Shown: positions 22,963 through 37,249, counted from the stretch's first letter. The stretch: DNA of 57,504 nt from Phyllobates terribilis (GCF_046119375.1 NW_027367504.1:1-57504); one strand, 5' to 3'. Translations and numbers: made by a program. The notes: a model not told the origin generated them from the letters alone.

Positions 22963-25793
22963 TTACGGTAATGCATTAACAAGTACCTTTCTTTTTGTAT
23001 ACTTCCTTTTCTGAGGTTGAATGCGCATAGTACCCTCCTTAGAGGGTCTTCCACCCTTCTTAGTGCTTGTTGGTTTTACAAGAATCTTTGTTGGATTTTT
23101 ACAAGTCTTCCTAGTATGACCCTCTTCAGAACAGTTTCCACACTTGTTCTTCCCAACTCTCAACCTTGTTTTGGTTGTCTTGCTCTCTTCTCCAGGTTCC
23201 TTCCTTCTTGATTTTCTTGGTCTTCCAGGTTGAATTACAAGATTAGGTGGATCCAAATGTGGTTGGTTAGTTCTTTCCCATTGATTCTCTCCAGGCATCG
23301 GATTAACTGATAGGGCATAAGCTTTTAGATAGGTTTCTTTTAGGTAGTAGTCATCCACAAAATCTTCAACTTTCAACCTTCTCTTTAATATAAAGCTCAT
23401 TGCATGGGTGCATGGAATTCCAGTGATATCCCACATGTTGCAACCACGTCTTTTCTGCTAAATTAACAACGTAAGTGCTAGATCCACAATCAACTTCAAA
23501 CTTGTCACCATCTTCATAGCACTTGCACCTGTATACACTATTTGTTCTCGTTGTGTCTATCATTTTCATTGCTTCTAGAGTATGCAGTCTTGTGTGTTTC
23601 ATCATCTTGTTTCTCTTGCTTATAAACATGTTCATTAGCTTTGTTCTTATCCATTCACACATCGACAATATGGCCATTTCTCGAGCCTCTAATATATAAC
23701 TATAAAAGACTCACATGCATTATTCAACAGCATATCTGACTTTGTGTAGAACTTGAATGCATGAAGAGACCATGTTAAAGGATTCTGTTGCATCAAGTAC
23801 ATCTCAGCCTTTACATCCATGTCCTTGATCAATTTCATAGTTGACTCAAAGTCTGGTTTAGTTGAAGCTTTTGCAGTAGATCAAACAACATCCTTGAAAG
23901 ATTTTCATGGTCATTGCTTTTTGAAATTGTTATGGAGATGCCTTACACATACTCTAGTGTCTGCCAAGGGAGCAAACTCGGCTACTGCTTCAATCAAATC
24001 CTACAACATTAAGAACATGTGTTAAAGCATCTTATATGTGTTCCAAACTAAATAAAATATTACAAAGTACATTGTAAGAGTACTACCTTTTGCCTGTCTG
24101 ACATGAAAGTCATAGGTTTTCCACCTATGTCATGTAACAAGTTTTCCTAGAACCAGCACCATGTTGCCTTTGTTTCTTTCTCAACTACTGCATATGCCAC
24201 TGGAAAGAGATTTTCATTTCCATCCTTAGCCACAGCTGTCAAAATTTGCCCAGTGTATGCACCCTTCAAATGGCACCCATCCAACCCTATAATTGGCCTA
24301 CATCCTCTCAAAAACCCTTCCTTGCAAGCATTCAAGCACACATAGAATCTCTGAAACTTCAATGGCCTTTTAGGACTCTCTTCTGGCCTCACAAACACTG
24401 AACATCCAGGATTTCACTTAAGGATTGTTGCAGGCATAATCCCAAACCTTTGCATATTGCTCAGGTGCAAATCCTTAGGTCATTAAAAAATCCCTTACTC
24501 TAGCCCTCCAAGCTTGATGATATGTCACAGTCACACTGTAATCCCTCTTTATAGTTAGCACGAAGCTTTTGATCCTCCAATGCGGATCATCCCTGTAGTA
24601 CTCTAAGTACTTCTCAGCAAGCATTTTGGATGTCATCTTTGTATTTTTGTCTTGCCATCCACAGTGATGGTCTGGTGAAAAAGACTTAAGCTGGAAAGTA
24701 CCATGTGAACAGATACTCCTTCCACAAGACTTAAACCCACACAACTTCACCTTGCAAGAACACCTTCTCTTTCTCCCATTTTTCAGCCCACATTCACAAC
24801 TATTCAAACAATAAGCAGACACCTTTTTGCTATCATTGTAAAGATAATAATAATCAAAACCATTCTCTAATGCATATTGCCTTCTGAAAATTTCATTGGA
24901 GATAAATCTCATGCCAGATCTCAAACAGATAATATTTCTAAAGTCCACTAAGGGATTAAATTCAGGATATCTTATCCGTTTGTTGTCATCACTTCCACTA
25001 TAACTCCTGTTATCAACACTTTCAACGCTGATGTCAAATAGGTCTTCTAGTTCAACAACATCATTCTCCTCTCTGACAGACTCATCAAACACTTCCCTAT
25101 TAACATTTTTCTCAAATTCAGTATCATCATCCTCTGATTCATCACCAAGTGAAACTTCATGGAAGGAGATATCATCTGATTCATTACTATGAGATGATTC
25201 AGAAGCTAATATATCATCATCTTCACCACTTTCTTCCTCTGAATCTTGAAGTTCTATTGATGTAGATGCAATAAACCCCAATGTTGGAGGAATTTCGGAT
25301 GAAGATTTGGTGGTTAGGGTTGTGGATTTTGTGGGGTTTTGTGTATCATTGCCACTGGAAACAAATGGGCCTACACTTTGGGTCACTCTCATAGCTTTAG
25401 AGGATGGGCTACCAATATGAGCACCAACAATGACCAACCGACCCTTTTTGAAATCCATGAAAGAGTGTGGACTTTCTTCTAAGTCTTGGACAACATACAC
25501 ATCTAGCATGTTTTTGGTACCACCACTCTTACACAATTCTAGGGTATCCCTATCAACCTTAATCTCCTCTATTTCTCTGTGCAAAGTCTCACCTGATTTG
25601 CAATACCACAATTCTCTAGCATTTAGAGAAACTCCATCCTTAAAAAATGACTCCAGCTCAATCCTTGGAAGAAAATCTGGGTCAACATCACACTTATTGT
25701 GTACACTGATTTTTTCCTATAGCAAAGACTAGGACATGGGTCCTTAGCAATGTAGAAATTTCCTCCATACAAAAACCGTATGATAACACTCAT
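22963..25793 (-). pseudogene. MuDRA-like Mutator transposase, disrupted
   Basis: N-terminal FLYGGNF...DPD...LWY; MuDR DNA-binding region LRSGMRF; IGLDGCHLKG...FPVAYAVVEKE; TFMSDRQK followed by an 86-nt GT-AG intron (24001-24086); CVRHLHNN; NNACESF; SWIM WDITGIPCTHA; knuckle CGNCSEEGHTRKTC. Frameshifts and stops throughout. Confidence 0.92.
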
Positions 25794-26559
25794 CTGACAG
25801 TAGAAACAAGTAGTTTAATTAGTTGAAATAGTATGTTATAATCAATACTATCTAATATTTTTGGTCAACAATCCTTCAATCCTATCTATTTTGTTTGGTA
25901 GAAGTACATAAATGCTATCTTGTATGTGCATAATACACTACCTTTACATGGTTTTTGACCACACATCATAACACTCCAAAATAAGCAATGCAATCACAAT
26001 AAACAATGTTAGGTCAGAAGACCCCACAACTCTACATAAGATTCTCTTAAAAAGCTTCAATCACACAGAAGAATCTTCAGATAACAATGCAGACAAACAA
26101 AATAAACTATTAAAGTAGACAAATTTACCTTTCTGCAGAATCCAAACCCAAGCAGTGAGCTTCTCCTCTTCACACACTTCGCCTCTGTTGTCCAAATCCA
26201 GCTACTTCCGTCACCCTTCGTCCTCTGTTAAATCTGCTTCCATAATTGATTTGCTCCCTCCGTCGACCCAGTAATGGCAATCGAGAAACCCCTTTGAAAC
26301 CCTAAACCGCGACTAAGCCCACCCTCAATGCAATAAATTCTTATCGAAGTCGCCCTAAACCCATAAATTTCTCTTCCTTCCTATGTGAAACTCGTAATTT
26401 GATGTGGTAGTTTGAACATAAGCGTACGAACTGGTGTTGAGCTTCGAACGCTATGTCGCCCAGCGTGCGCAATTCGGAAGTTATGAGCAACCGGAAGAAA
26501 ACCTGGTAAAAGTGGTAATTTTGGGAAGTTTCGAAGGGAAAAACTGTAAAAGCACACTA

Positions 26560-26705
26560 TTTAACGTGAAAGCTGACGGAATAGGGGTATGGGTGGTGTT
26601 TGGTAATAAAAACCTAACGTTTGGGTGGTTTCTTGAAAAATCAACTATAAAGGGTGGTTTACTGCAAAAACCGACATATAATGGGTGGTTTACTGCAAAA
26701 ACCTC
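26560..26705 (-). repeat. Terminal inverted repeat of the MuDR-like element (partner TIR not found)
   Basis: Minus strand GAGGTTTTTGCAGTAAACCACCC... with three AACCACCC motifs about 30 bp apart, upstream of the transposase; same layout as the TIRs of the small MULE. Confidence 0.75.
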
Positions 26706-26715
26706 TTTTAATTAA

Positions 26716-28617
26716 CTAGTCTTTTTGCGTCCAGACTATGCATGGTTTTTTTTTCGTTTTTTCTCTATATTTTTAAAATTTTCATTTCTATTTTATTTTA
26801 TACATCGTAATTTGATTTTTAAATATTATTTGATTTTTAATTAATAAATAATTATATAGAAGATAAAATATCGTCTTATACATGTTCTAAAAAATATTAT
26901 TATTTTATCCTTTAAATAATAAATTTGTATATAGAAGTTAAGAATCATCTTTCATACATTTTACACATCTTTTACAATTTTTCTAATTATTTATGTAATT
27001 TTAAAAAATTATAGGCAAAATCCATAATTACCAAAAATTGTGGAAAAATCTATAATTTCTGGAAAAAAAACATTCATTTAGTATTTTGTGATCATCTTAA
27101 TAATTTTTTATTACTGGGACCTTGTTGCACATGGTTCACAGTGACTTCATGTATACTAATGTTTTAACTTGTCTAATGAAGGTGATTATATTTTGTGTGG
27201 TTTGTATTATAGAAGTTGTCTATATTTCTTCTTTGAACCAATGTTAAACAGGTCTTATGTTAATCATTTAGTGTCCACTAACATAACTCCATTTTTTCTT
27301 GTAGTATTCTAATTGTTATCCTATATTATAGGAGGTATGTGTATTCTAATCATTCAGTCCTAGTCGATATAACCCTGTCATTCATGTAATGGATATCTTT
27401 GATACATGTCGTTTGTGTGCAACATAAAAACATATCACTTAAGTTACAGAATTCACAACAAAAGAGACATGAGTTAAAAGTCGTTTATAAATGTAATTAC
27501 ACTAAGATTAGTATGGACATTGAAATTGAGTTTTTACAACCTTAAAAAGACACAAAATTTTGATTAGGGCTAATTTTAGCATTTGGACTCTTATAAGTTT
27601 ATAACAACGGAAATTAGGCTGATTTTATTTTCTTCTTTGTATTACAGTGTGTAATTGATGTTCATTAGTTTTGTCATTTATTGTTTTTCTAAATGCTAAA
27701 ATTATAATATAGTAAAATCTTTTTGCCCGTGTCTATGTCAATATTTTAGCTTATATGATGAGGTTTATTTATATTTCATGTAGGTTTATTTTAACTTATT
27801 TCATATATTGTTAAATAGGTTTAATTTTAATATTGTAAATGTCTATTTAAATTAATTCTAATTGATTGTGATTATTAGTCTTTGTGGTACTTCAAAGGGG
27901 CCCTCTGTCCGACAATAACATAACATTTACATGTTTGTATGCATAAAATGAATTAATCATAAGTATTAAATGATATATTTTGATTTACATTCTTTTATTT
28001 TGATTGTGATTGTTAGTGTTTTTTAAATTCATTATTAGTCACTAATAGGAGATTTAGTGTTTTTTAGAACACCTAACTTTATTATGTCTCGTGCTTCGCA
28101 CGGGTTATAGTGAAGACCAAATATAGATTAAAATTTGATAATATTGTATATTTTAGTGTATGATTAATACATCTTTTCTATACTACATTACAAAGAACAT
28201 TTCTTGATATCTCTAGAGATATTTTAGACTTCTAAAATATAAGGTTGTGAGATTTATGAATTTAATAAATCATAGGTTGGTCAATATTTAACAAAATTTA
28301 TAATTTAATTATGATATATAGGAAACATAATTTTAATTGGGTTAGAATAAGAATCCTAAAATCCAATATAATTCTGCTTAAAAATCCTTAATTGCATATA
28401 AAAGTAAAATCATTGTTTTAGGTTATGAGATTTATTAATTTTTTAAATCAAAAAAATATTCTGAGTCATTTTATGTAATTGTGTTAATAAAGATATGATT
28501 TGCATTAAAAGTTTAATTTAATTACCTTATTATGAAACTGAATATGCATAAGTGAAGGAGAATTAAATGTGAATGAATGAATCATTTAGTATTTTTGAGA
28601 ACATCATCCTTTATAGT
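26716..28617 (-). mobile_element. Helitron-type non-autonomous mosaic (3' CTAG at 26716; further hairpin relics at about 27725 and 28088)
   Basis: Minus strand ccatgcatagtctggacgc-aaaaaga-CTAG|T. 27158-27706 is similar to 34670-35242, and 27735-27870 is similar to 45885-46025, which lies next to a clear Helitron end. Confidence 0.55.
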
Positions 28618-28826
28618 TGTGGATCGTGTGATTTGAGTACTCTTAATCCAACTAAAGAGTATTAATTTCTTTTATGCAGAAAAAGATTAAGACTTTTAAA
28701 ACAATGAATTCTAAAACGAATACTTTATTGATTCTCTTAGAAATTACAACTTCGAGGTGAAAACACAATTCTTAGTTCATCTCCTAAACTCTCCTAGATA
28801 TTGCCTAAACTCTAAATCAACAAAGA

Positions 28827-29167
28827 TGTTATATTCCGTCATTGACTAAAAGATACCCGAAAAAATGAACAAGATGTTGGAGGTTTTTATAAGGATCAAG
28901 AAATTATATAACAACATGTTTTTTATTTTACTAGAAAGTACTAGAATTGTTAATTAAGTATGATGAAAGTTGGTTTATGCTTGTATAAAATTAACCGACC
29001 TATGCACCTATAAATAGAAAGGATGTGTAACTTGGTGAATTCAATTAAAGAGAAACACTTAAGGCTTCCCTCATCTAATTATCTCTTATATAGTGTGTTA
29101 GTTTTCACATTAAATTTCCTTCATAAAGTCTTGTCAAAATTCAAATAAAGCCCTTATTTCCTCTACA
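28827..29167 (+). repeat. 5' LTR of Copia-2 (341 bp)
   Basis: Direct repeat of 33526-33867, followed by the PBS. Confidence 0.95.
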
Positions 29168-29333
29168 TTTGGTATCAGAGTCGGGGTCGGATACGGGCTT
29201 TGTTGGTAGTCGGGTACGGCGAAATTTTGCGGTATGAGATCGTAGTTGTTTCTCGGAGAGTCACAAGTTTTTCCATCGGTGTCTAGAGATCTCAAGTTGC
29301 GTTGTTGTGCTGCCGGAATAATTGCTCAGAGCA

Positions 29334-32300
29334 ATGGCAGGTATTGCGAATACGACGGGTGAAACTGAGAAGCTAAACAACAACAACTATACGTATTGGA
29401 GATCATGGATGGATTCATATCTCCAAGGGAAAGATTTATGGGAGACGGTAGTGGACACAAACACAAGTCCTACACAGGACACTCTAGCAAATGCAGAGGC
29501 TTTGCACAAACGGAAGGTATGTGCAGCTAAAGCCTTATATGTCAGTAAGGTTACTATAGAAACTAATCTAATTGAGCATATTAGATATGCTAAGATTCCA
29601 AAAGAAGAATGAGATATATTTGCATCTCTATTTTCACGGGAAAATGATGCACGGTTGCAAATGCTAGAAAATGAGATGGGGACAATTACACAAGGTCAGA
29701 TGTCCATATCTCAATACTTTATGAAGGTGAAGAATATATGTCATGAAATATCTCAATTAGATAAGGATTCGGCTATTAGTGAGGCACATATGAGGCATAT
29801 TATATACGCGGGTTAAGGCTTGAGGATAATAGCTTCATTACAGCAATAAGAGGATGGCCTGCGCAACCATCCTTGTTGGAGTTAGAGAATCTCTTGGTAA
29901 ATCAAGAGACGTTAGCAAAGTAAATGGTTCGTCTTTCCCTGCAGGATCATGAGGAGGCCCTTTACTCAAATAATGGGAAGGTTCAAAGACCGTATTGTAG
30001 GAAGAAGCCATTTGCGTTCAGGGGGGACCGAGCAGTGACAAACAAAAAGAAGCAAGAAACCCTAGGTCGAAAGCACGAGAAGGTAGGTCCTAGGAAATTT
30101 TTTGGAAAATGCTTCAAGTGTGGGAAGCAAGGTCACTTTGCTCGGGATTGTAGAGTAAGAATTTTTTAAGGAAATTCGGTGGAGGCAAAACCATGAAGGT
30201 CCCATGGAGAGGAAATTGAAGATGAATGGTACGTCGCTGCTTCATATTCAACAATAGAGGAGGAAGATCTCGCTCTGACTACTACGATAGTAGAGATTCC
30301 TTCTACAAAAGTTGTATAGCTAATAGTGTTAAGAAGGAAAGAACAACTATGAGAAGGACTGGATAGTTTATTCAGGATGCTCACATCACAAGACTGGTGA
30401 TATGAGTAAGTTTACGAAGCTACAGAAGTATGAAGAAAGAGAAGAAGTCATCATAGAAGATAATACTATGCATCCAGTACAACATATCGGAGATTTGACG
30501 GTATCACAATACAAGGGAGGTTCGAAGGTCCTAGAAGATGTATACCATGTGCCAGGTATGAAGAAGAATCTCGTGTCAGTTCCTCGGATTACAGCTAGAG
30601 GAAACTATGTTGTGTTTGGTCCAGAAGATGTCAAGGTTCTGGAAAATGCAACAATACAAGGTGAGGTTCTCATGGAAGGAAAGAATGTGCGAAAGTTGTA
30701 TGTGTTATTAGTTGGGGAAGTGTACGTAGATAAAGCTTGTCAACATGAGATAATTGACCTGTCGCATGCTCGGTTAGCTCATGTTCACTATAATCCACTG
30801 AAGGCAATGATGAATAAATCCATGGTGAAGGGGCTTCCATCTCTAGAAGTGCGTGAAGGAGTCGTATGTGCAGGATGCCAGTTTGGGAAAGCACATAGGC
30901 TGCCTTTCAAGGAGTCAAAGGTACGAGCATCGAGACCGTGGGAGTTTATACACTCAGACATGTTTGGAAAAGTGAAAACTCCATCTTGCTCTGGTAAGCA
31001 ATATATGTTCACATTTATTGATGACTTTTCAAGATATGTGTGGGCATATTTCTTGGAGCTGAAAAGTGAAGTATTCAAGAAATTCACCGTGTTTTAAGAA
31101 TCTGGTGGAAAACGAACTCGGTGAGAAGATAAGGTGTCTAAGAGATGATAATGGTGGAGAATATACCTCACAAGAGTTCGAGGAATATTTGAAGAAGCAC
31201 GGGATACGTCATCAGTTCACGTGTCCATACACACCTCAGCAAAATGGAGTTGTTGAACGAAAAAACATACATCTTGGAGAAACGTGCAGGAGCATGATGC
31301 ATGCCAAGAACGTGCAACCTCGATTTTTGGCAAATGTATGGCCACTGCAACACATGTCATCAACAGGATGCCTCAAGCAAAATTTGGATTTCAATCACCT
31401 TACCAAGCTTTGTACAAGAAGAAGCCCACAATAATACACTTTAGAGTGTTCGAATGTGTGTGTTATGTTTTTTTTCCAGAGCAGATGAGAGCTAAGATGG
31501 AAAGGAAGGCCATCAGATGCATATTTTTTGGTTATGATCAATAAAGAAAATAATGGAGGTGCATCGATCCAACAACCAATAAAGAATACGTCTCACGCCA
31601 CGTAGTCTTTGATGAAGGTTTGTCTTGGTGGGGTAATGATAATGTAGTTTTATCGTATTCAGAAAATGTTCCACAAGAAGAATGGGTGGAGCCACAGGAA
31701 GAACCATCAGTGATCAGTGATTCAGGACCGGGCATTCAGACTTCAAGGTCCCAAAGTACCTTAAGCCCTTGGAAGTCATGTGTATAGAGGTCACCTGAAA
31801 AGGAGATTATGTCCAATGGAGAAAGCTGCTCGAGTCAAGAAGATGATGCACCATCCAGGACACCACAACTTGGTAGAGTGGTTGATGATGAATCTGGTAC
31901 TCTAAGGTCTACAAGGATGAGGAAACCAAATCTAAGGTACACAGATGTAGGATATACCGATGTTGTGTTTCTTCAACATTGCTATACTTCTCTAAGCAAG
32001 GATGAAGAGCCAACTTCATACAACAAAGCAAAAGGAGTTATTGAATCGGAGAAAGTAACGAAGGAGGAAATAGACGCATTAAAGAAGAACAAGAAATGGG
32101 AACTTGTTCCAACACCTAAAGGAGTGAAGCCAATATCTTGCAAGTGGGTGTACAAGATCAAGCGGAGAAGTGATGGATCAATTGACAGGTACAAGGCTCG
32201 CTTGGTAGCTCATGGTTTCTCTCAGCAATATGGTATAGACTATGAAGAGAGCTTCTCACCAGTAGCCAAGATGACTACAGTCAGAGTACTCATATCTCTA

Positions 32301-33520
32301 GCAGCAAGCAAGTTCTGGAAGTTCTGGTAGATGGATGTGAAAAATGCGTTCCATCATGGAGATATAGACAGGAAAATATTCATGGAGCAACCAGATGGAT
32401 TCATAGACCAGAAGCATCTTGTGTATGTATGCAATTTGAAGAAAGCTCTATATGGACTGAAGCAGGCACCAAGGGCATGGTATGGGAAAATTGGAGAATT
32501 TCTCCTGTTTTGTGGTTATCAACTATCTGCAAATGACTCAATCATGTTCATCAAACAAGTTGGAAGTAAGGTCTCTATCATCCTGCTATATGTAGATGAC
32601 CTTATAATCACAAAGATGCATTGGAGGAGATCCACGAAATCAGGAAGCATCTTTCTTCGAGATTTGAGATGAAAAACTTAGGAGAGCTGAAGACATTTCT
32701 CGGGCTTGAAGTTGAAAGAAGCTCTAAAGGATTATTCGTGTGTCAGAGAAGATATGAAGAAGATTTTCTAAAGAAGTATGGGATGCAGAACTGCAAACCT
32801 ATAGACTCACCAATGGAAGTGAGACATATACTACATACAGAAGAAGGAGAAGAGTTAGAAGATGCTCGCTTCTATCAACAGTTGGTGGGCAGTCTGATAT
32901 ACTTGACCATAGCTCGGCCTGATCTAGCATACGCAGTGGGAGTTGTAAGTCAGTTTATGCAGACACCAAAGAAGCCTCATCTTGAAGCAATTCGAAGGAT
33001 AATAAAATATGTGCGACGCACAATGGAGTATGGGATACTATATGAAGATGGAGCTCAACCAGAGATTGTTGAATTTAGTGATGCTGATTTGGCAGGAGAT
33101 CCTTCTACAAGGAGATTGACTTGTGGATACACATTCAGTTTAGGATCAGTAGTTGTCTCATGGTGCAATAAGAAACAACCAACCATTGCACTGTCGTCTA
33201 CGGAAGCGTAGTATAGAGCAGTGACAATGGCCTCATAGGAGTGTACTTGGTTACTTCGGCTTGCTCAAGATTCGGGACAAGACACAAATTATATTGTGGG
33301 TATATAGTGTGACAACCAGAGTGCTATAAGGCTGGTGACAAATCCGGTATTCCATGCAAGGACAAAGCATATTGAAGTGCACCACCACTATATACGGGAG
33401 AAAGTATTAAGTGGTGAAGTCGAACTCGTGCCAATAGCCATAAATGATCAGTTGGCAGTACCAAAGTTTGGGAAGTTCAAGTCCATGCTCGGAATATGCA
33501 CTAGAGAGTCAGTAATGAGA
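29334..33520 (+). pseudogene. Copia gag-pol polyprotein, disrupted
   Basis: MAGIANTTGETEKLNNNNYTYW gag, CFKCGKQGHFARDC, integrase HARLAH..CAGCQFGK..IHSDMFG..TFIDDFSR, PQQNGVVER, RT CKWVYKIK..YKARLVAHGF..LLYVDDL, RNase H SWCNKKQPTIALSSTEA, HARTKHIEVHHHY; many stops and frameshifts. Confidence 0.96.
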
Positions 33521-33525
33521 GGGGA

Positions 33526-33867
33526 TGTTATATTCCATCACCGACTCAAAGAAATCTGACAAAATGAACAAGTTGCTAGAGGTTTTTAGAAGGATTGAGA
33601 AATTATATAACAACATGCTTTTGTATCATACTAGAAAGTACTAGAATGGTTAATTAAGTATGATGAAAGTCGGTTTATGCTTGTATAAAATTAACCGACC
33701 TATGCACCTATAAATTAGAAGGATGTGTAACTTGGTGAATTCAATTAAAGGGAAACACGTAAGGCTTCCTTCATCTAATTACCTCTTATATAGTGTGTTA
33801 GTTTCCACATTAAAATTCCTTCCTAAAGTCTTGCCAAAATTCAAATACAACCCTTATTTCCTCTACA
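33526..33867 (+). repeat. 3' LTR of Copia-2 (342 bp)
   Basis: Direct repeat of 28827-29167, preceded by the PPT. Confidence 0.95.
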
Positions 33868-34359
33868 AAAGATGACCTCTTAGAAGGAACAACCTCTTCT
33901 AAATCGATACACTAAGCTATCTATACTAAAGGCATAATCGTCGGAAACTAATCTACTAAAAGCTAGATAAAAATAATTAAATAAAACTATAAATAGTAAC
34001 AGAAACTCAAAGATACCAAAGTAGCACTAACAATCTTGATAACGAATCTAGGAGATCTCTTGAAAATCTATCTTTCCATTTATAGCAGCTTAGAAGATAT
34101 CTTTCGTCTTTTACGCGCTCGGTTTCCATCCTTTCACTTAGTTCCCTTCAGCGCGTCACTCCCTTGTATTGTTTGGAACTCTAGTTACTCATTTCCTTTT
34201 ATTTTGGTGAAGCACTTTTAAGCGCTTTGTTTCTGCTCTCGCTTGACTCGCTTCAGTCGCTTCATCTTCCTAACTCAAGCTCGTTAATTCCTTTGCTCCA
34301 ATAACCTAATTTGCTCGAATATCTATTGCTATCCTGCAATAACTCACCCCAGGTAGACA

Positions 34360-36100
34360 TTAGTATATTAATATGTTTGTTATCATTAAAATTAGAGATC
34401 ATAAATTATAGATACTATTGGCTAGTTCATATAACCAACAATAGTAGACATTGATAGGTATTTACAGTTATTATTAATTTTACCTATTATTATTTATTTT
34501 TTTGACATTCATTAGTAGTCATTAATAGATATTTTTTATTTTTAACATTAATTAGTAGTGATAAATATGTATGAATATGCGTTTAGTGTTTTTTGGTAAA
34601 CCCAACTTTAGATTATAGATTATTATTTTCTAGATTAAAGATAGATAGATTATTGCCCGTGTGTGTGCCAATGTTTTCACTTGTGTAATGATGTTGATTA
34701 TATGTTGTCTAGTTTTTATTCTTGAAGTTGTCTATATTTCTTTCAACCAATGTTAAATAGGTATTATTTTAATCATTCAATCTCCATAAATATAACTCCT
34801 TTTTTTCTTTTATTATTCTAATTGTTAACCTATATTTTACAAGACCATGTGTATTTTAATCATTTAGTCCATATAACAATTTCATTCATGTAATGGGTAT
34901 AATAGATACATGTTGTTTTGCTACCTAAAAACATATCACTTAGGATAAAGAATTCACAACAAAAGAGACACGAGTCAGAAGTCATGTATAAGTTGAATTG
35001 TACAAAGATTAGCATGACCATTGAAATTGAATTTTTACAACCGTAAGAAGACAAGACTTTTTGATTTGGGTTGATTTTAGTATTTAGGTTGTTATAAGTT
35101 TACAATAATGGAAATTAGGCTAATTTTACTTTCTTCTTTGTATATAGAGGGTGATTAGAGTGTGTAATGGATGGTCATTAGTACTGTCATTTCATGTTTT
35201 TTTGAATGCTAAAACTATAGTATATGAATGCTAAAATTATAACGTACAATATGTATTAGATAGATTAGAAGATTAGATAAGGAAAAGACGTAAACCTTTA
35301 AAAAAAAGGAAAAGAAGGTAAACAAACACAAGGAATTTAAGAAGAAGTCCTAATCTTTCTTCATTAATAGGACTTTTGGGTCCGTGCTATGCATGACCCT
35401 TTTTTTTTACGTTTTTACATGTTTTATATTACGTATATATTATTTTTTACTCTCCATTTTGTGTTATCGTGTTGTCTTATAATACCGTTTTTTAATTTTA
35501 TTTCTCTTTTTTATTTTATTTATCATGTTTGGTTATGATGGAACCCTTTTTTAAGTAATATATATTTTGTATTCATTTTAAGATACGTCATTACATTTAT
35601 TGTACCAAAATATCTAATATATGTGGAAAACATAATCTTCACGGGTAAAAATACTGAAACTCTATTTGTATTAGGAGACTGTCATTTTATATATTAAAAT
35701 ATTGAATACACACGGAGCAGTAAGCGAGGAGCAGTATGAGGCCAAGAAAATTACGCAAAAAGCATGTAGATTTAGACTCATTAAACGGTTTGTAAATGTA
35801 ATTATAATAATAAAGTATTTTTAATTATAATAGAAGTGTTTGTAATGTTTTTAAAAGTGTATAAAATTTCTTAAACAATATATTTTAGAAGATACTTAAT
35901 TCCTTTTTATAATTTTGTTACCTATTTACTTCTTAAAACTTAATTAGTATTTTTTGTTTTAGTACACACTTATCTAATCTCTTTAATCTAATTTCTTTGA
36001 AAAATTCAATTGGAATAACGAGGATATTTATTTTTTCTTAAACCTCATATTTAGTGATTTACACCTCCCCCAGTTATTCTATATATATATATATACTAGT
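34360..36100 (-). mobile_element. Continuation of the Helitron-type mosaic (module duplicated from 27158-27706; degenerate 3' ends at about 35367 and 36096)
   Basis: 34670-35242 aligns with 27158-27706. The minus strand at 35367-35399 reads gggtcatgcatagcacggaccc-aaaagt-CTAT|T, similar to the 26716 end. Confidence 0.45.
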
Positions 36101-37249
36101 CCTTTCTCGATGACCATTATTTTTCATCATTTTGTGTTAAATAATGTGTTATTTTTTCATTCGTCTTGCTTTACTAACAACTTCTTATGTCCCTTATTTT
36201 TCATTATTCGGTTTAACGTACTCTTTCAATTGGTGTGCATAGTTTTTTGGGTGCATTTCACTTGTTTTTTTAGTATTCCATTACAAAATCCTCTGTAGGT
36301 GAGTGTGTATTGTAACCAAAGTATGTAGTTTTGTTTTTTGTTGTTGGAGTTTTTCATTTAAAAAATCATTTGTCGGTGAGACTGTGCTTTAAAATAAAAT
36401 AAATCATATAGTACTATCTAGTGATATATAGTCGAAAATAAATCATGTAGTACTATATAGTGATAGCTAGTCTGCTCTTTTTTCTTCTTTTCTTTTCCTT
36501 ATTTTTTGTTGTTCTTGTGTTCTGTCATTGCATTGCCCTTTCTTCAATTATGCTCTCTAGCAACCATATGTCACAATTGTTATTTCAACTATTACACAGA
36601 AGGAACTAATAACATTTTGATGAAGGGACCAGATCAAATTTTAACCCAATCCATACTTATGTGATCAATTTCATCTCCATTTACAATGTATTTAGATGGA
36701 AAGGTTTGCATTGCAATACTTCGTCCACTTGGTGATCTTTCAAATGGATATGAGATAGCAAGTGAACATTGGTCACCAATTCATATAACGAATGTTGATA
36801 TTTATTATTTCTAAACAGCCTATCCACTTTTAGTAGTCTAAGTCCATAATATTTTTAAAAAATCTAGATAACACATACGTAGTATCGTGGAGGAAAATCC
36901 TCTTCATCAAGTGTTGTTGTTGCAGATAATATTTTTTACGAATGATAATGCAATCTCAACGACGAATACTGATAAAGATTGTTTATGTATAGCTTATCCA
37001 CTTTTAGTAGTGTCAGTCCAAAATATTAAAGGAAGAGAGCAAAAGAGCATTCAACACATATCTCCAAAAACATAGTTGAAGTGAAATACATATTATTGAA
37101 ACAAAACGTGCAAAGTGCAACTCAAAGGTGAAGGAATATATCAAAGATATAGTAGTTTAATAGGATTTTTATTGAGAAGAAATGGAAAATGACTAGTTTA
37201 TGGTAGCTTCATTCGTTTTCAATGTCAACGACATTGACCTTATGCTTCA

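Larger units (their letters stand above)
28827..33867 (+). mobile_element. Full-length Ty1/Copia LTR retrotransposon (Copia-2), old and non-functional
   Basis: LTRs TGTTATATTCC...CTCTACA at 28827-29167 and 33526-33867 (about 32 differences in 341 bp by eye, about 90%). Perfect TSD AAAGA (28822-28826 / 33868-33872). PBS TGGTATCAGAG at 29170-29180; PPT GAGAGGGGA at 33517-33525. Confidence 0.97.
28618..34359. mobile_element. Probable solo LTR (about 696 bp) interrupted by Copia-2
   Basis: TG (28618) ... CA (34359) bounded by atagt / ttagt (4 of 5 match). TATA-like ctataaat on the minus strand near 34077-34084. The sequence resumes across the Copia-2 TSD. Confidence 0.45.

Noticed and set aside
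37002-37012. TTTTAGTAGTG as a CACTA right end
   Set aside because: No subterminal repeats, and a near-copy occurs at about 36827 as part of a local duplication.
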